The notes: generated from the letters alone by a model not told the origin. Numbered from the stretch's first letter, positions 12,601-24,795 are shown. The stretch is DNA of 26,802 bases from Patellaria atrata CBS 101060 (GCA_010093705.1 MU006124.1:62001-88802), one strand, 5' to 3'. Program-made: numbers and translations.

Positions 12601-13304
12601 ATATAGTTATATACTAGATAATCGAGTTTTATATATTTAATCTAGTATAGTCTATTATATTTATTATAATATAGATCTTTACGGTATTCTTTATATTTAA
12701 GCTCTCGATATTCTTATTTAATAATTATATTATAGCTAAAATTACTTTTAATTTCTACTTTTTATCTCTATATTATATAATAGTTATATTATATATCTTT
12801 TATTATATATTATCTAAAGTCTTATATATTATATTTAATAATATATTTAAGTGCTTTTTTATTATTTTAAAGTATTTTTATTTTCTATAAAAATATTTTT
12901 TCTTTATAAAACTTTTTCTTTAAATCTTTATAATATTAATAATTTATACTATATTTATAGTTTTTCTATATTATTACTATATATCTCGTATAAATTAATA
13001 TTTAATAATATCGCTTATATTTAAACTTATCTATATAATTAAAGCTATTATATTTTCTATAATTATTTATTAATAATTTAAGTTTTTAATTCTTTTTAAA
13101 TTTTCTTATTTTATCTTTATAGATTTTATATACTTTTATCTAGTATTTATCTTTAAATAAATATATATAAGTAAAGTCTCGATTTTTAAACTTTATTATA
13201 ATCTTTTATTATTTATAATATAAATAGTTACTCTCTTTATATTATATTTATTAAAAGGCTAAATAATCTTTTACTTTTAATATAAGATTTAATTATTATT
13301 TTTC
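12588..13304 (-). pseudogene. Extra His/Cys-motif ORF (or N-terminal pol extension) between gag and protease of element B
   Basis: Four same-frame codon patterns compatible with H-x7-C-x4/5-C-x2-H at 13215-13265, 13119-13169, 12930-12983 and 12609-12659. The frame is -1 relative to gag. Confidence 0.5.
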
Positions 13305-14647
13305 GATAATTATATTAATATTAAATTTAAATTTAATTAATTCTTAATCTTAAAATTCTTATTTAAATTATTATTATTATTTTATAATCTAGTATATAAG
13401 ATTTAATTTATTAAATATTTATATTTTAATTCTTTAATTTTAATTCTATATTAAGTATTTTAATATTATATATATATATATATATTTCTATATATCTAAT
13501 ATTATTAATTATTTAAATATTATTAAAATATTCTCTTCTTTAATTAATTTTCTATTATTAAAAATAATATCGATAATCTATTTACTTTTATCTAATATAA
13601 TAGTAATATTTCTTTAATCTTTTTCTCTTTTAATAATAAGACTAGTAATAATAGTATTAAATATATAACTCTAAATTATATATATTAATTATATTACGAA
13701 AGTAATTATATCTTCTATAAATAATCTTTTTTAAAATATTCTATTTCTCTATATTATAAATATACTTTATTTATAAAATATTCTTTTTCTTTTTAAATAA
13801 ATTATTATTATTTCTTTAACTTCTTTTATTTTATCTATTATAGTTAATTAAGATTTATTAAATCTTATTAATTTTATTTATTTATAATCTTTATTATTTT
13901 CTTTCTATATTTAATTATAATATTCTTTTATCCTCTCTTTTTCTATTTATATTTATATAATCTATTATTTATTCTAACTATTAAAATTATTATATTTTAT
14001 ATAATTATTAATCTTTTATAATAAATCTATTTATTCTTCACTTCTTTCTTTAAATTTTAATAGAAGATAATTATTAATAATTTATTAGACTAATTTAATA
14101 TTAATATTATCTATTAAAATATAATTATATATTTTAAAGTTAATCTTTTTTATTTAAGTTTTTAAAGCTTTCTTTTAGCTATTTATTATTTATTAATTTT
14201 CTTAAAAACGTTTTTAAATATTTCTTTAAACTTTAGAAATAATTTAAAGATCTTTATTATTTTATTTTTATAATATTTTTCATTATTTTTAAAGTAGTCT
14301 TATATAATAGATTTAAACTATTTTAAAGCGTCTTCTTTAAAATATATTAATATATTAAATATATATTTATTATTATCTATTAATTCTATTCTTTTATAAT
14401 AAATTTTTATTTAAATTAAAAATTCTTTTAACTTATCTCGTTTTTTATTATATAGTATAGATTCTTTAACTTTCGTAGTTCACTTTTATAATAATAATAA
14501 TTATATAATAAATTATTCGAGTTAATCTTTAAGTTTTTAAATTATTCTTTTACTTTTAAATTTATTAATATATTTATATAATATTTAAATATATTCTTTA
14601 TTTATCTTTATATTAATTATAATTAACGATATTATATTTAAGTCTAT
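13289..14647 (-). pseudogene. gag: gag relic of element B
   Basis: De-RIP capsid-like reading (P.PYDGERDKL.GFLTQMK...L.GDALEWF.P), CCHC knuckle at 13721-13762 and a Pro-rich tail. The frame ends tcg aaa aat aat aat taa at 13306-13289. Confidence 0.75.
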
Positions 14648-14672
14648 TATACACTTTCCTACTATATAATAA

Positions 14673-15299
14673 TATTATAATAGAAGTTTATATTTATCGA
14701 GATAAAGTTAAATAAATCTAGAAACACGCTTAATTTCTTATTTAATATAATTAATTATAAAGGTAAATTTAATAAAATAATAGAATTTATATAATAAAAG
14801 TATTTTAAATTATTAATATAACTTATTAACTTCTTAACTTTAAGTAATATTTATAATAAAATAAGATATATTATATAAAAATAATATAATAAATAAAGTT
14901 AAATTTAAAACTATAATATTTAAATTTATAAGTAAAATTAATAATAAGAATAATTATAAAGAATTTAAATATATAAAAGAAAGATTATTTTTAAATATTT
15001 TTATTCTTTATAATTAATTTAATTATTTATACTTTAATTATTTTAATTATTTAATTATTTAATTATTTCTTTTATAATTAAAATATTTATATATTTAAAT
15101 ATTTAAGTTATATAATACTTTTAATTATTTTAATTATTTAATTATTTAATCGTTTTTTTTATAACTAAAACGTCTATATATTTAAATATTTATATTACGT
15201 GATTTATTATTACTTATTTTATTTATAATTCTTTTAAATAGTCTTTCTTTTTTCTCTTTATTTATTATCTATATATTTCTATAATTTATAACTATAATA
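14673..15299 (-). repeat. 5' LTR of element B (627 bp)
   Basis: Direct repeat of 7771-8397. It retains some G/C lost in the other LTR (e.g. aaacacgct at 14722, ttacgtga at 15195). Confidence 0.92.
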
Positions 15300-15304
15300 T
15301 TATT

Positions 15305-18300
15305 ATAGATAGTAACTTTAATTAATTACTTTAATAATAATTTATAAAGAGCTAAAATTATAAATTTATATATTAATTAATAATCTTTATTTCTTTATTT
15401 ATCTATAAATAATAAATTATAGATAACTTTTATTTCACTTTTATTAATTTATAAAGTTTATCTATAAATATAAATATAAATTATAGATTATAATCTAATA
15501 TTATCGTTTTTAGTATATTATATATTTATTATATATATTTATAATATAGCTTTATAGCTATCTTAATTAAGATATCTTTAATATAGAAAAATAAGATTAC
15601 TTTCTTTTCTAATTAATTTATTATTATAAATATTATTTCGAAATTATATATATTTTTAAGGAATAATTTAAAGTTAAAAAAAATATATTATTAATATTTA
15701 TTTTCTATTAATAATAATTTTAGTAAATTAGAGATTTTATCTCTTAATATATATATTTAATAATAAATATAATAATTTTAAATATATCTTTTTATATTAA
15801 TTATTAAGTTAAATTAATAATATTATATTTAAATTAACTTTCTTATCTTCTTTATTTCTAGATATTTTATAACTAACGCGTTATATATATTTTATATTAA
15901 ATATATTTTAAGATTATTTATATCTAGAACTATAAATCTATTAAATTTAATAAATAAATTATTCTATAATTTTTAATATCTTTTTTTAACTTTAATTTAC
16001 TTTTAATATATTAATAAAGAATTATACTTTCTATTTATTTTTAAGATTTAATTTATTAATAAATATATTATTAATAATTTTTAGTTTTAATTAAACTTAT
16101 TTTAAATATATCACTTTAAATTTATAAATATATTCTTTTTTTCTTTCTTTTAAAATTTAATTTTCTTTTCTTTTTTAAAGATTATATATTTTCTATTATT
16201 CTAAGATATCTTCTTAAATAGTAATTATTATTTTATAAAGAATTAAAAAGATATTATTATTATATTTAAATTAATTAATATTTAAATCTATATTATAATA
16301 TTTTTATTTTTTATTATCTTTAAATTCTCTTATTTATATAAAAATATATTTATAATAATATTTTAAACTTTAAGTTAATATATAATTTAAAAGTGAAAAT
16401 TAAATAAAATTTCACTTTATTAAATTTATTAAATATTAAATAATTATTTTATAATAAAATATTTTAATACTTTATAATTAATAATTATAATAAAAGGAAT
16501 TTATTATAGTTTTACTAATATATTTCTCTATTTAACTAATATTTTTATTATAGTTAATATCTTTTTATTATAGATTTTATATTTTAGTTTTATTTCTAAT
16601 AATATTTTTATTTAGAAGGTAATTAGTCTTTAAATCTTTCTATAAAATTAAAATAAAATTATTATAATAACTTTATTATTATAATTAAATTTAACTTTTA
16701 TCTTAAATAAAGAGTTATAATATATTAATATTTAATTCGATAGAATTAATTTTTTAACTTTTTTAAATATTTCTTTTTCTTTTAATTTAAATAATTATTA
16801 TATTTCTTTTTAAATTTAAACTATTAATAGTTATATTATCCGATTAAACTTTTTAAAAAACTTTTAATAGAAGTTATAGAATTTATTAAATAATAAAATA
16901 TCTTTTATATTTATAAATAACTTTTAATTTTAAATTATCTTAATCTTTTTTAAGTCTATTATTATTTTATTAATATTAATAATAAACTCTAGAAATTTAG
17001 TTTTTATTATATAAAATTTACTCTTTTTTATATTAACTTATAAACTAGCTTTTACTAATACTTTTAATACTTTAATAATATAAATCTTATATTTTAATAA
17101 GTATATAAAGTAAATTAAAATATTATCGATATATATTATATAAAAATTATTTAAATAATTAAAAAGTATTTTATTAATAAATTATTAGAATAAGATTAAC
17201 TTATTATATAATTTAAATAATAATATTTTATATTTAAATAATCTATATTTTATTTAAAATATAATAAAGTCTTTAATTATCTCTTTTATTTAAATTTAGT
17301 AAAATATTTATCTTATATTTAATTTAATAAAGATTTTAACTTATTATAATTATATTAATATCTTTTTAATTAATAATAATAAGTATTTATTCTTTTTTAT
17401 AATATTATTTAACTTTTAATAGTTAATATAAAATCTTTAATTATCTTTTAACTTCTTAATAAATAGTATTAAAGATATATATAATATTTCGTTTAAAATA
17501 ATAAATCTCTTTTAAAGATATTTTTTTAAATAGTCTTTTATTAATTATAAATATTTAATAAATATATTATATAAAAAATTAATAATAAAGTTATTATTTT
17601 AATTTAATATTATATTATAATTTATATCTTCTTTAAATAATAGTAGTTTATTTAATATAAATTTTAAGAATATATAAATTAAATAATAATACTTTTTAAA
17701 TAATTTTTTATAAATTATTATTTTATAGATATTTTTATTTTTATCTAAAAAGTTTTTATCTTTTATAAGTTAATTTTATATTAAGAAATTAATCTTATAT
17801 AAATTTATAATATTTATAATAATATATTTATATTTTATATTTTATAGATAATTCTCTTTATTAATTAAATAAATATTTATATAAATTTTAATAATATTAA
17901 TTTATTTACTTAATTTTAACTTTAATTTTTTAAAGAGTTTTAGCGTTTTTCTTTTTATTAAGTTTAATAATTTTAATTTTATCTTTCGAAAATTAAAGCT
18001 AATATTTTTAATTTATAAACTTAATTATTTCTATTAAAATAATTATAGTTTTTTTTTTTAATTAATTAATATTTTCTATTAATTATATTTTTATTTATTA
18101 ATAATTTTATCTTATTATTTTATATTAAATTAATACTATAAATTAATTTAAATTTATAGTTTACTTTTTAAAATTATAATATTTTATTACTAGTTTTTAA
18201 TTATAATAGTTTATTTTAATTAAATAATTCGATAATATTTATAATTAAATAAATTATTAGTTTTAAAGAATTATTTTTTATTTATAAATATATTATTATA

Positions 18301-18666
18301 GTTTATATTTATTATTATAATTAATATTAATTATCTTTATTCTTTAATTATAAGACTTATTTTAAATATTTAATTAATTAATACTATTTTTAAATTATTA
18401 AATATATTAACTTTAATCTTTTAATCTATTTTTTTAACTTTAATTTTAAGATATTATTTTAAAGTAAATAATTATCTTTTATTTAATAAAGTATATTCTT
18501 AAATTTTAATATTAATTAAAGCTTTAAATTATATTATAATTTCGTTTTTCGAGATTTAATATAATATTATAAATAGCTTTTCTAATATTAGATTATTAAT
18601 TAATATTATTAATACTTTTATTATTAATTCTAATATAAAGTTTTTATTTAAAGTTTCTTATTTTCT
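15305..18666 (-). pseudogene. pol: pol relic of A2, 5' portion (PR-RT-RH-INT up to the B insertion)
   Basis: Reverse complement of A1 1176-4771 apart from a 234-bp indel. YID[D] at 17122-17133. Confidence 0.85.
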
Positions 18667-20330
18667 AAATTTAATTTTAAATTAAACTTTAAACTTTAAT
18701 ATTTATCTTTTTAAATTAACTTTATTTTAATTATCTTCTTTAATTCTTAATATTTTAATACTTTATATTTAATTTTATTATAATTAAAATAATTATTTAT
18801 AAACTTTTAAATAATTATAATCTACTTTATTATTTATAATATTATAGATAAAGTAATTTCTTTACTCTTTAATTAATATAAAATTTTATTTATTATTATT
18901 AAAATAGAAGTTATTTTAATTAATTTATTATATTTTTAATTTTTTTTATAAATTTTATTAACTTTATTTAATCTTTTTAACTTTTATATCTATATTATAA
19001 CTTTATTATAATATTTTTAGAAGCTAATTTTATTATTATTTATAACTTTTATTATTATTAATCTTAAATTATTATAAAATTTATTATAAAGTTTCTCTTT
19101 CTATTAATTATATAATAATTTAACTTTATTAATTAATTATATAAATATAGACTAAAACTTTAAAAAGTTTATTAAATAATTTTATCTTAATTTCTTTAAT
19201 TTATCTTTAACTTTTAATCGTTTATTTAAATTCTTATAAATTTAATTTAAGAATCTTATTAATTTTATTAAAATTATATTATTTTTCTTTAATTTTAAAA
19301 AAGAGTATATATATTTAATTATTTTATTATTAATTTATATTTTAATATAAATAGTTTTTACTTTTTTATTTTAGAATTAATTATTATTAATATAAAGTTT
19401 ATTATTTATTTTATTTTTCTATTTTTTATAAGTTAATTTCTTATTATTAATTAATTCTAGTAAATTAGAGAATTTCTTTATTTTATTATTATTTTTATTT
19501 TTAAAGCTTTTAATTAAATTAATTATTTTAATTTAATTATTATAATTATATAATATTAATAGTTTTTTATTATTAAATTTATTATTAAATTAAATATTTC
19601 TTTAATTTAATTTAAACTATTTAATTTATCTTTTTAAATTATCGATTTTATTTTAAAGATATTTTATAGCTTTTTTATTTATTTAATATATTTATAATTT
19701 TAATTATAAATTAAATATTATTTTATTAATAAAATTTATTATCTTTTTAAATTATATCTTTTAAATTATAAATTTTACTTTTATATAAAAATATTTTATT
19801 ATAAATTAATTTAAACTTTTAATTATTTATTTCTTTACTTTATTAATTATATTAATATTTTAATTATCTATAATAATAATATATTTAAAAGACTTTTCTT
19901 CTTTTATTATTCTAGAAATTTCTTTTAATAAATTTTATAAATTTATTTTTAAAATATTATTAATAATTTACTAATTAACTACTTTTAATATTAATTTATA
20001 TTAATATATTTTTTCTTTTTCTTTTAATTTAATATTACTTTTTATTTTTAAATTTATAATTAATTTATTATTTATCTATTTTATTAAAATTATTAAAGAT
20101 TTAACTATTTTATTTAATTTATTATAATATTTACTTTTTTAAATAATTTATATTTATTAATTCTAATCTTTTTTAAATATTAGATTATCGTTATTATTAA
20201 TATTAATACTTTTAAATATTAGATATTTTATTATTAATAAAGCTTAACTATTTATAAATCTTTAATTAATTTAATAATTATTTATTAACTAAATTAATAT
20301 TATATTTTAATTAAAATATTATATTATCTT
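18648..20330 (-). pseudogene. gag: gag relic of A2 (start approximate)
   Basis: 18648-19842 is the reverse complement of A1 1-1194, including the zinc knuckle. The relic extends toward the 5' LTR. Confidence 0.7.
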
Positions 20331-20362
20331 TTTAAAAACTATTAAAGAAAAATTTAATTTAA

Positions 20363-20634
20363 TATAATAATATAATATAATTATAATAATTATATTTTAA
20401 TTATCTTTATTATTAATTATTAAGTATAAAGATTAAGTTAAAAAATAATAATATTATAAGTTAAATATTTATATATAATAGTTTTATTTTATTAAATTTT
20501 AATTTAATTATTTTTTATTTAATTAATTAATATTTAAAGATCTTTTTTATATTTAATTTAATAAAAATCTTTTATAAATAAATTAAATATTTAATATAAA
20601 AAATATAGAATTAATATTATAATATATTATTATA
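20363..20634 (-). repeat. 5' LTR of A2 (272 bp)
   Basis: Direct repeat of 6600-6871, followed by TSD ATTTA. Confidence 0.92.
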
Positions 20635-22789
20635 ATTTATAATATTAAAATATTAAAATTTAAAGTTAAAAGCTTTTTTAAAAATAAAAATATTATTAAT
20701 TTTATTTTATTTTTAAATTATAAAAAATAATAAAAATTTTATTAAATAATATAAAATAATAATTTTATAATAATTTTTATTTATTATAATAATTATTTTA
20801 CTTTTAAATTAAATAATTTATTTTAATTATTATTATTTAATATTTTAAATATAAATAATATAATTAATTTTTAAATAATTATAAAAAATATTTTATTAAA
20901 ATAATTAATTTAATTTTCTTAATTATTTAATAAAAGAAAATACTTTAATATTATTATTAATAAAAATATTATTAATATTTAAATTTATATATTAAATATT
21001 CTTTTTAAAGAATTAAAAAAGGTTAAAATTAAATTTTAAAAATAATTTTATATAATTAATTATTATTAATTTATCTTTATAATATTTTTAATTAATAATA
21101 ATAAATAATATTTTTATTATTTTTAATTTCTATTTAAATCTCGATATTAATTAAATATTTAAATAATAATAAAATTATATAAATAAAATTTTATTATAAT
21201 TACTTTTTAAAAACTTTAAATTATTAAAAGAAAAAATATTTATAAAGAAATTTTATAAAAAAATTTTAACTTTATTAAATATAAAATTTATTATTATTAT
21301 AAATATTTAAATATAAATTTAATAATAAAGATTATTTTCTTAAATATAAAATTTAAATTTATATTTAAAAAATTTTTTAAATTATTATTAAAAATATTTA
21401 TATTATTATTTATTTTAATTTTAATATTAAATAATATAATATAATTAATATATTTATAAATATAAATTTTAATATAATTATTTATTATTATTTATTTAAA
21501 AAATTTAATAATAAATAATATTTTTAAAAATTATATTATATATTTTATAATTTTAAAACTTTATTTATTTTTTAATATAAAAATTTTATATAAATTTTAA
21601 ATAAATTTAATTTTAAATTAATTTTTATATTTTTTATTTTTAAATAAATAATAAACTTATTATCTTTTTTTATATAAATAATATTATAATTTTAATAAAA
21701 TTAAACTATTTTATTTATTTTAATTTATTTAAAAGAAAATTTTTTTAATATTATAAAATTTATTTATTAAAAGATTTTAAAACTTTTTATAATATAATTA
21801 TATATAAAAATAAAGATAATAATTTTATTTAATTAAATTAAAAAAATTATATTAATAAAATTTATTATAAATATTTATTTTTAAAAGTATTTATAAAATT
21901 ATTTTAAATATTATTATATATAAAGAAACTCTTTTTATTTAATAAAATTAAAAATAAAAGTAATTATTTATATTATATTTAATTAATTAAATTAATAAAT
22001 TATATAATTAAAATAATAAAATTAAATATTTTAAAAATATATTTTAAAGTTATTAAATTTTTAACTAATTTTATAATAATTTATATTAATATTATATATT
22101 AAATTTTAATTTATCTTTATTATATAAAATTAAAATTATATTTATAATATTTTAATTATAATAAATATAATCTTTATTTAAAATTATAAAAAATCTAATT
22201 TTTTTATTATAATTAATATCTTTTATATAAATTATTAAATAATTTAAAAAAGTTTATAAAATTATATTTTCTTTTTTTTTAAAGATTTAATTAATTAGAA
22301 AATAATACTTTAATATTATATTATAAAATTAACTATTAAAATTAAACTTATAATTATATTTATTATAAATATAAAATTTATTTAATAATAAAAAGTTTTT
22401 AAATTTTTAAACTTTTATTTAAATAATAAATAGTTTTTATTTTATAATAATTAATAAATAATTAAATTATTTATTATTAAAATATTTAAATTTAAAATAA
22501 CTTTTTATTATATAAATATATATTATTATTAATTATATTAAAAAGTATAAAAAAAAAATATTAATATAATATATATTTCTATAAAAATTTAATTTATTAA
22601 TAATTTAATTAAAATATTATTTAAATAATATTTTATTATTTAAATTAATTTTTTTAATTTTAAAAAGTTTTTTATTTAAAATTTATAAATAATATTATAA
22701 AAATTATAAATTTTAATAAAATATAAATATTTAATTTAAAAAATATAAAATTATTAAATTCTTTTTATAAAATTATATATAAAAGATAT

Positions 22790-23061
22790 TATAATAATAT
22801 ATTATAATATTAATTTTATATTATTTATATTAAATATTTAATTTATTTATAAGAGATTTTTATTAAATTAAATATAAAAAAAATTTTTAAATATTAATTA
22901 ATTAAATAAAAGATAATTAAATTAAAATTTAATAAAATAAAATTATTATATATAAATATTTAATTTATAATATTATTATTTTTTAATTTAATTTTTATAT
23001 TTAATAATTAATAATAAAAATAATTAAAATATAATTATTATAATTATATTATATTATTATA
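22790..23061 (+). mobile_element. Solo LTR of family A (272 bp)
   Basis: Reverse complement of the A2 LTRs, same length. Flanked by GATAT (22785-22789) and AATAT (23062-23066), i.e. a TSD with one G>A change. No PPT or internal sequence lies on either side. Confidence 0.88.
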
Positions 23062-23460
23062 AATATAAAATTATAAATTTTTTTTATAAATTATAATTTT
23101 TATTAAATTTTTTTTTATTAAATAATATATATTTTAAGAGTTTAAAATAAATTAATATTAAATAATTAATAAAAATATTTATAAATAATATATTTAAATT
23201 TTAAAGAAATTTCTTAATTTTTAAAAAACTTTAACTTTTAAAAAGTAATAAAATATTTAAATAAATTTAAATTATTTAAATTAATTATTTAAATTTTTAA
23301 AATATAATTATTTTTTAATATATAATAAAAGAGTATTTAAATTTATATATTATATAATTAAAAGATATTTTATATTTTATATTTTATATTTAATATTTTA
23401 TATTTTTAAAAAAGAGAATAATAAATTTAATTAAAATATTTTTATTTTATAATTAATTTT

Positions 23461-23837
23461 ATTAAATATAAACTTTATTATTAAAAATTAATATTAAAAT
23501 TTATCTTTTATTATAATAATATAATTTTATAATTATAAATTTAATTTATTTTATATTTATTTATAAAATATTAATATATTATTTATAAAATAATTAAATT
23601 AAAAGATTATATAATAAAAATATAATATTATAAATTTAAATTTAATTAAAAAATAAAATTAAAACTTTTTATTATTATATTAAAAGATTATATAAATTTA
23701 TAAAAAAATAATTATAAATTATAATATTATCTAAATAAAATATTAATTTAATATTAAAAAAATATATTAAATATAAATTTTATTATTAATAATTAATATT
23801 AAAATTAATCTTTTATTATAATAATATAATTTTATAA
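23461..23837. repeat. 72-bp direct repeat pair (23461-23532 and 23766-23837)
   Basis: attaaatataaa(c/t)tttattattaa(a/t)aattaatattaaaatt(t/a)atcttttattataataatataattttataa, 3 mismatches. Confidence 0.8.
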
Positions 23838-23890
23838 ATTTATATTATTATATTTTATTTTAAAAATATAGTTTTAAATTTATATTAATA

Positions 23891-23922
<32 letters not shown>

Positions 23923-24795
23923 TAAAATTTTAATAAATTTAATTATATAATAAATTATATATAATATTAAAATAAATAATAATTTAAAAAATAGTTAATT
24001 ATTTTATTTTATATATAATTATTAGCTTTAAAATTTTTTAAAATTAATATATTATATTTAATTAAATATTTAATTAAATATATATATTATTTTTCTTTAA
24101 TTTTTTTTAAATTAAATACTTTAATTTATATTTTTCTTTATTTTATATATTTTATATATTTTATATTTTATCTTTTATTATTAATCTTTATTAAATAATT
24201 AATCTCTAATAATTTTATATTAAAAGATTATTAAAATTTTTAAAAATTTATATTAAAGATTTTTAAAATTAAATATTTAATTTTAATTTATTAATTAAAT
24301 ATTATTAAAATTATAATATTAATTTATTCTTTTAATATTATCTTTTATTTTATATTTAATATAGATAATATTATTATATTTATCTTAATTTAAAGATTAT
24401 ATAATTAAATTTTATAATATTAAAAAATTAATTAATAAGATAATTATCTATTATTATATATATAATTTATAGAATCTATAATTATATAGAAATTAAGCGA
24501 CTATTTTAGTTATTAATAATCTTATAAATATAGACTAAATTAATACTATATATACTTAGTATATACGATATTAGTGCTATTATATAATATTAGTGGTGTA
24601 AGTTGGGAGAGATCGAGTTTTTTTTTCTATGCACGAGTTTTCGACCCTCCGGCCAACCCGCAAGCTGACAGTTTGGACCTCACGGACGACTTTTTCGACC
24701 CCCTACGAGGTGTAAGCCGCATGCAAAAACTATGGACGGAAATTCCGGTCAAGGAGAAGCTCATCTCAGCCTCGATGGGGTCAAAAACCTTGTCT

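Larger units (their letters stand above)
7771..15299 (-). mobile_element. Full-length Ty3/Gypsy chromovirus family B (7529 bp), nested in the A2 integrase, RIP-inactivated
   Basis: LTRs at 7771-8397 and 14673-15299 (constant offset 6902), TSD TTATT at 7766-7770 and 15300-15304. Domains: gag CCHC 13721-13762, protease LVDSGA-like ~12454-12471, RT tat cta gat aat (YLD[D]) 11406-11417, integrase HHCC ~10213-10336, chromodomain YLVKWKGY 9177-9200. Confidence 0.93.
6600..20634 (-). mobile_element. Full-length Ty3/Gypsy chromovirus family A, copy A2 (~6.5 kb excluding nested element B), RIP-inactivated
   Basis: Direct-repeat LTRs at 6600-6871 and 20363-20634 (constant offset 13763) and 5-bp TSD ATTTA at 6595-6599 and 20635-20639. 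RT tat atc gat aat (YID[D]) at 17122-17133, plus GPY and chromodomain near the 3' end. Confidence 0.93.
1..24570. other. AT-rich, RIP-degenerated repeat block (AT isochore)
   Basis: Very low G+C, with runs over 200 bp lacking any G/C (21340-21558, 22913-23137). CA/TG dinucleotides are nearly absent and the ORF track shows no ORFs here. Paired repeats differ mainly by transitions (e.g. tttattaaaataaag at ~7791 vs tttatcgagataaag at ~14693). Confidence 0.95.
20640..24570. other. Unclassified, extremely degraded RIP relic (right flank of A2; interrupted by the solo LTR)
   Basis: Near-complete loss of G/C and no recoverable motif. It grades into normal composition at ~24480-24600. Confidence 0.6.

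Noticed and set aside
13467..13485. (TA)9 microsatellite as an independent feature or as the cause of the frame change in B
   Set aside because: It lies in gag coding sequence, is explained by RIP of CA/TG-rich codons, and the gag frame reads plausibly through it.
14662..14877. Self-priming hairpin for element B
   Set aside because: Only a 10-nt RY-level match (14868-14877) with poor spacing to a TATA-like motif; not distinguishable from chance.
22790..23061. This LTR as the missing 3' LTR of copy A1
   Set aside because: There is no PPT or pol 3' sequence upstream, and it has its own TSD.
1..24570. Mitochondrial DNA, a naturally AT-rich organism, or RIP'd rDNA
   Set aside because: LTR/TSD structure, Gypsy motifs, transition-dominated differences and an adjacent spliceosomal-intron gene indicate RIP'd nuclear repeats. 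RY-collapsed 18S/5.8S/28S landmarks gave no convincing match by eye.
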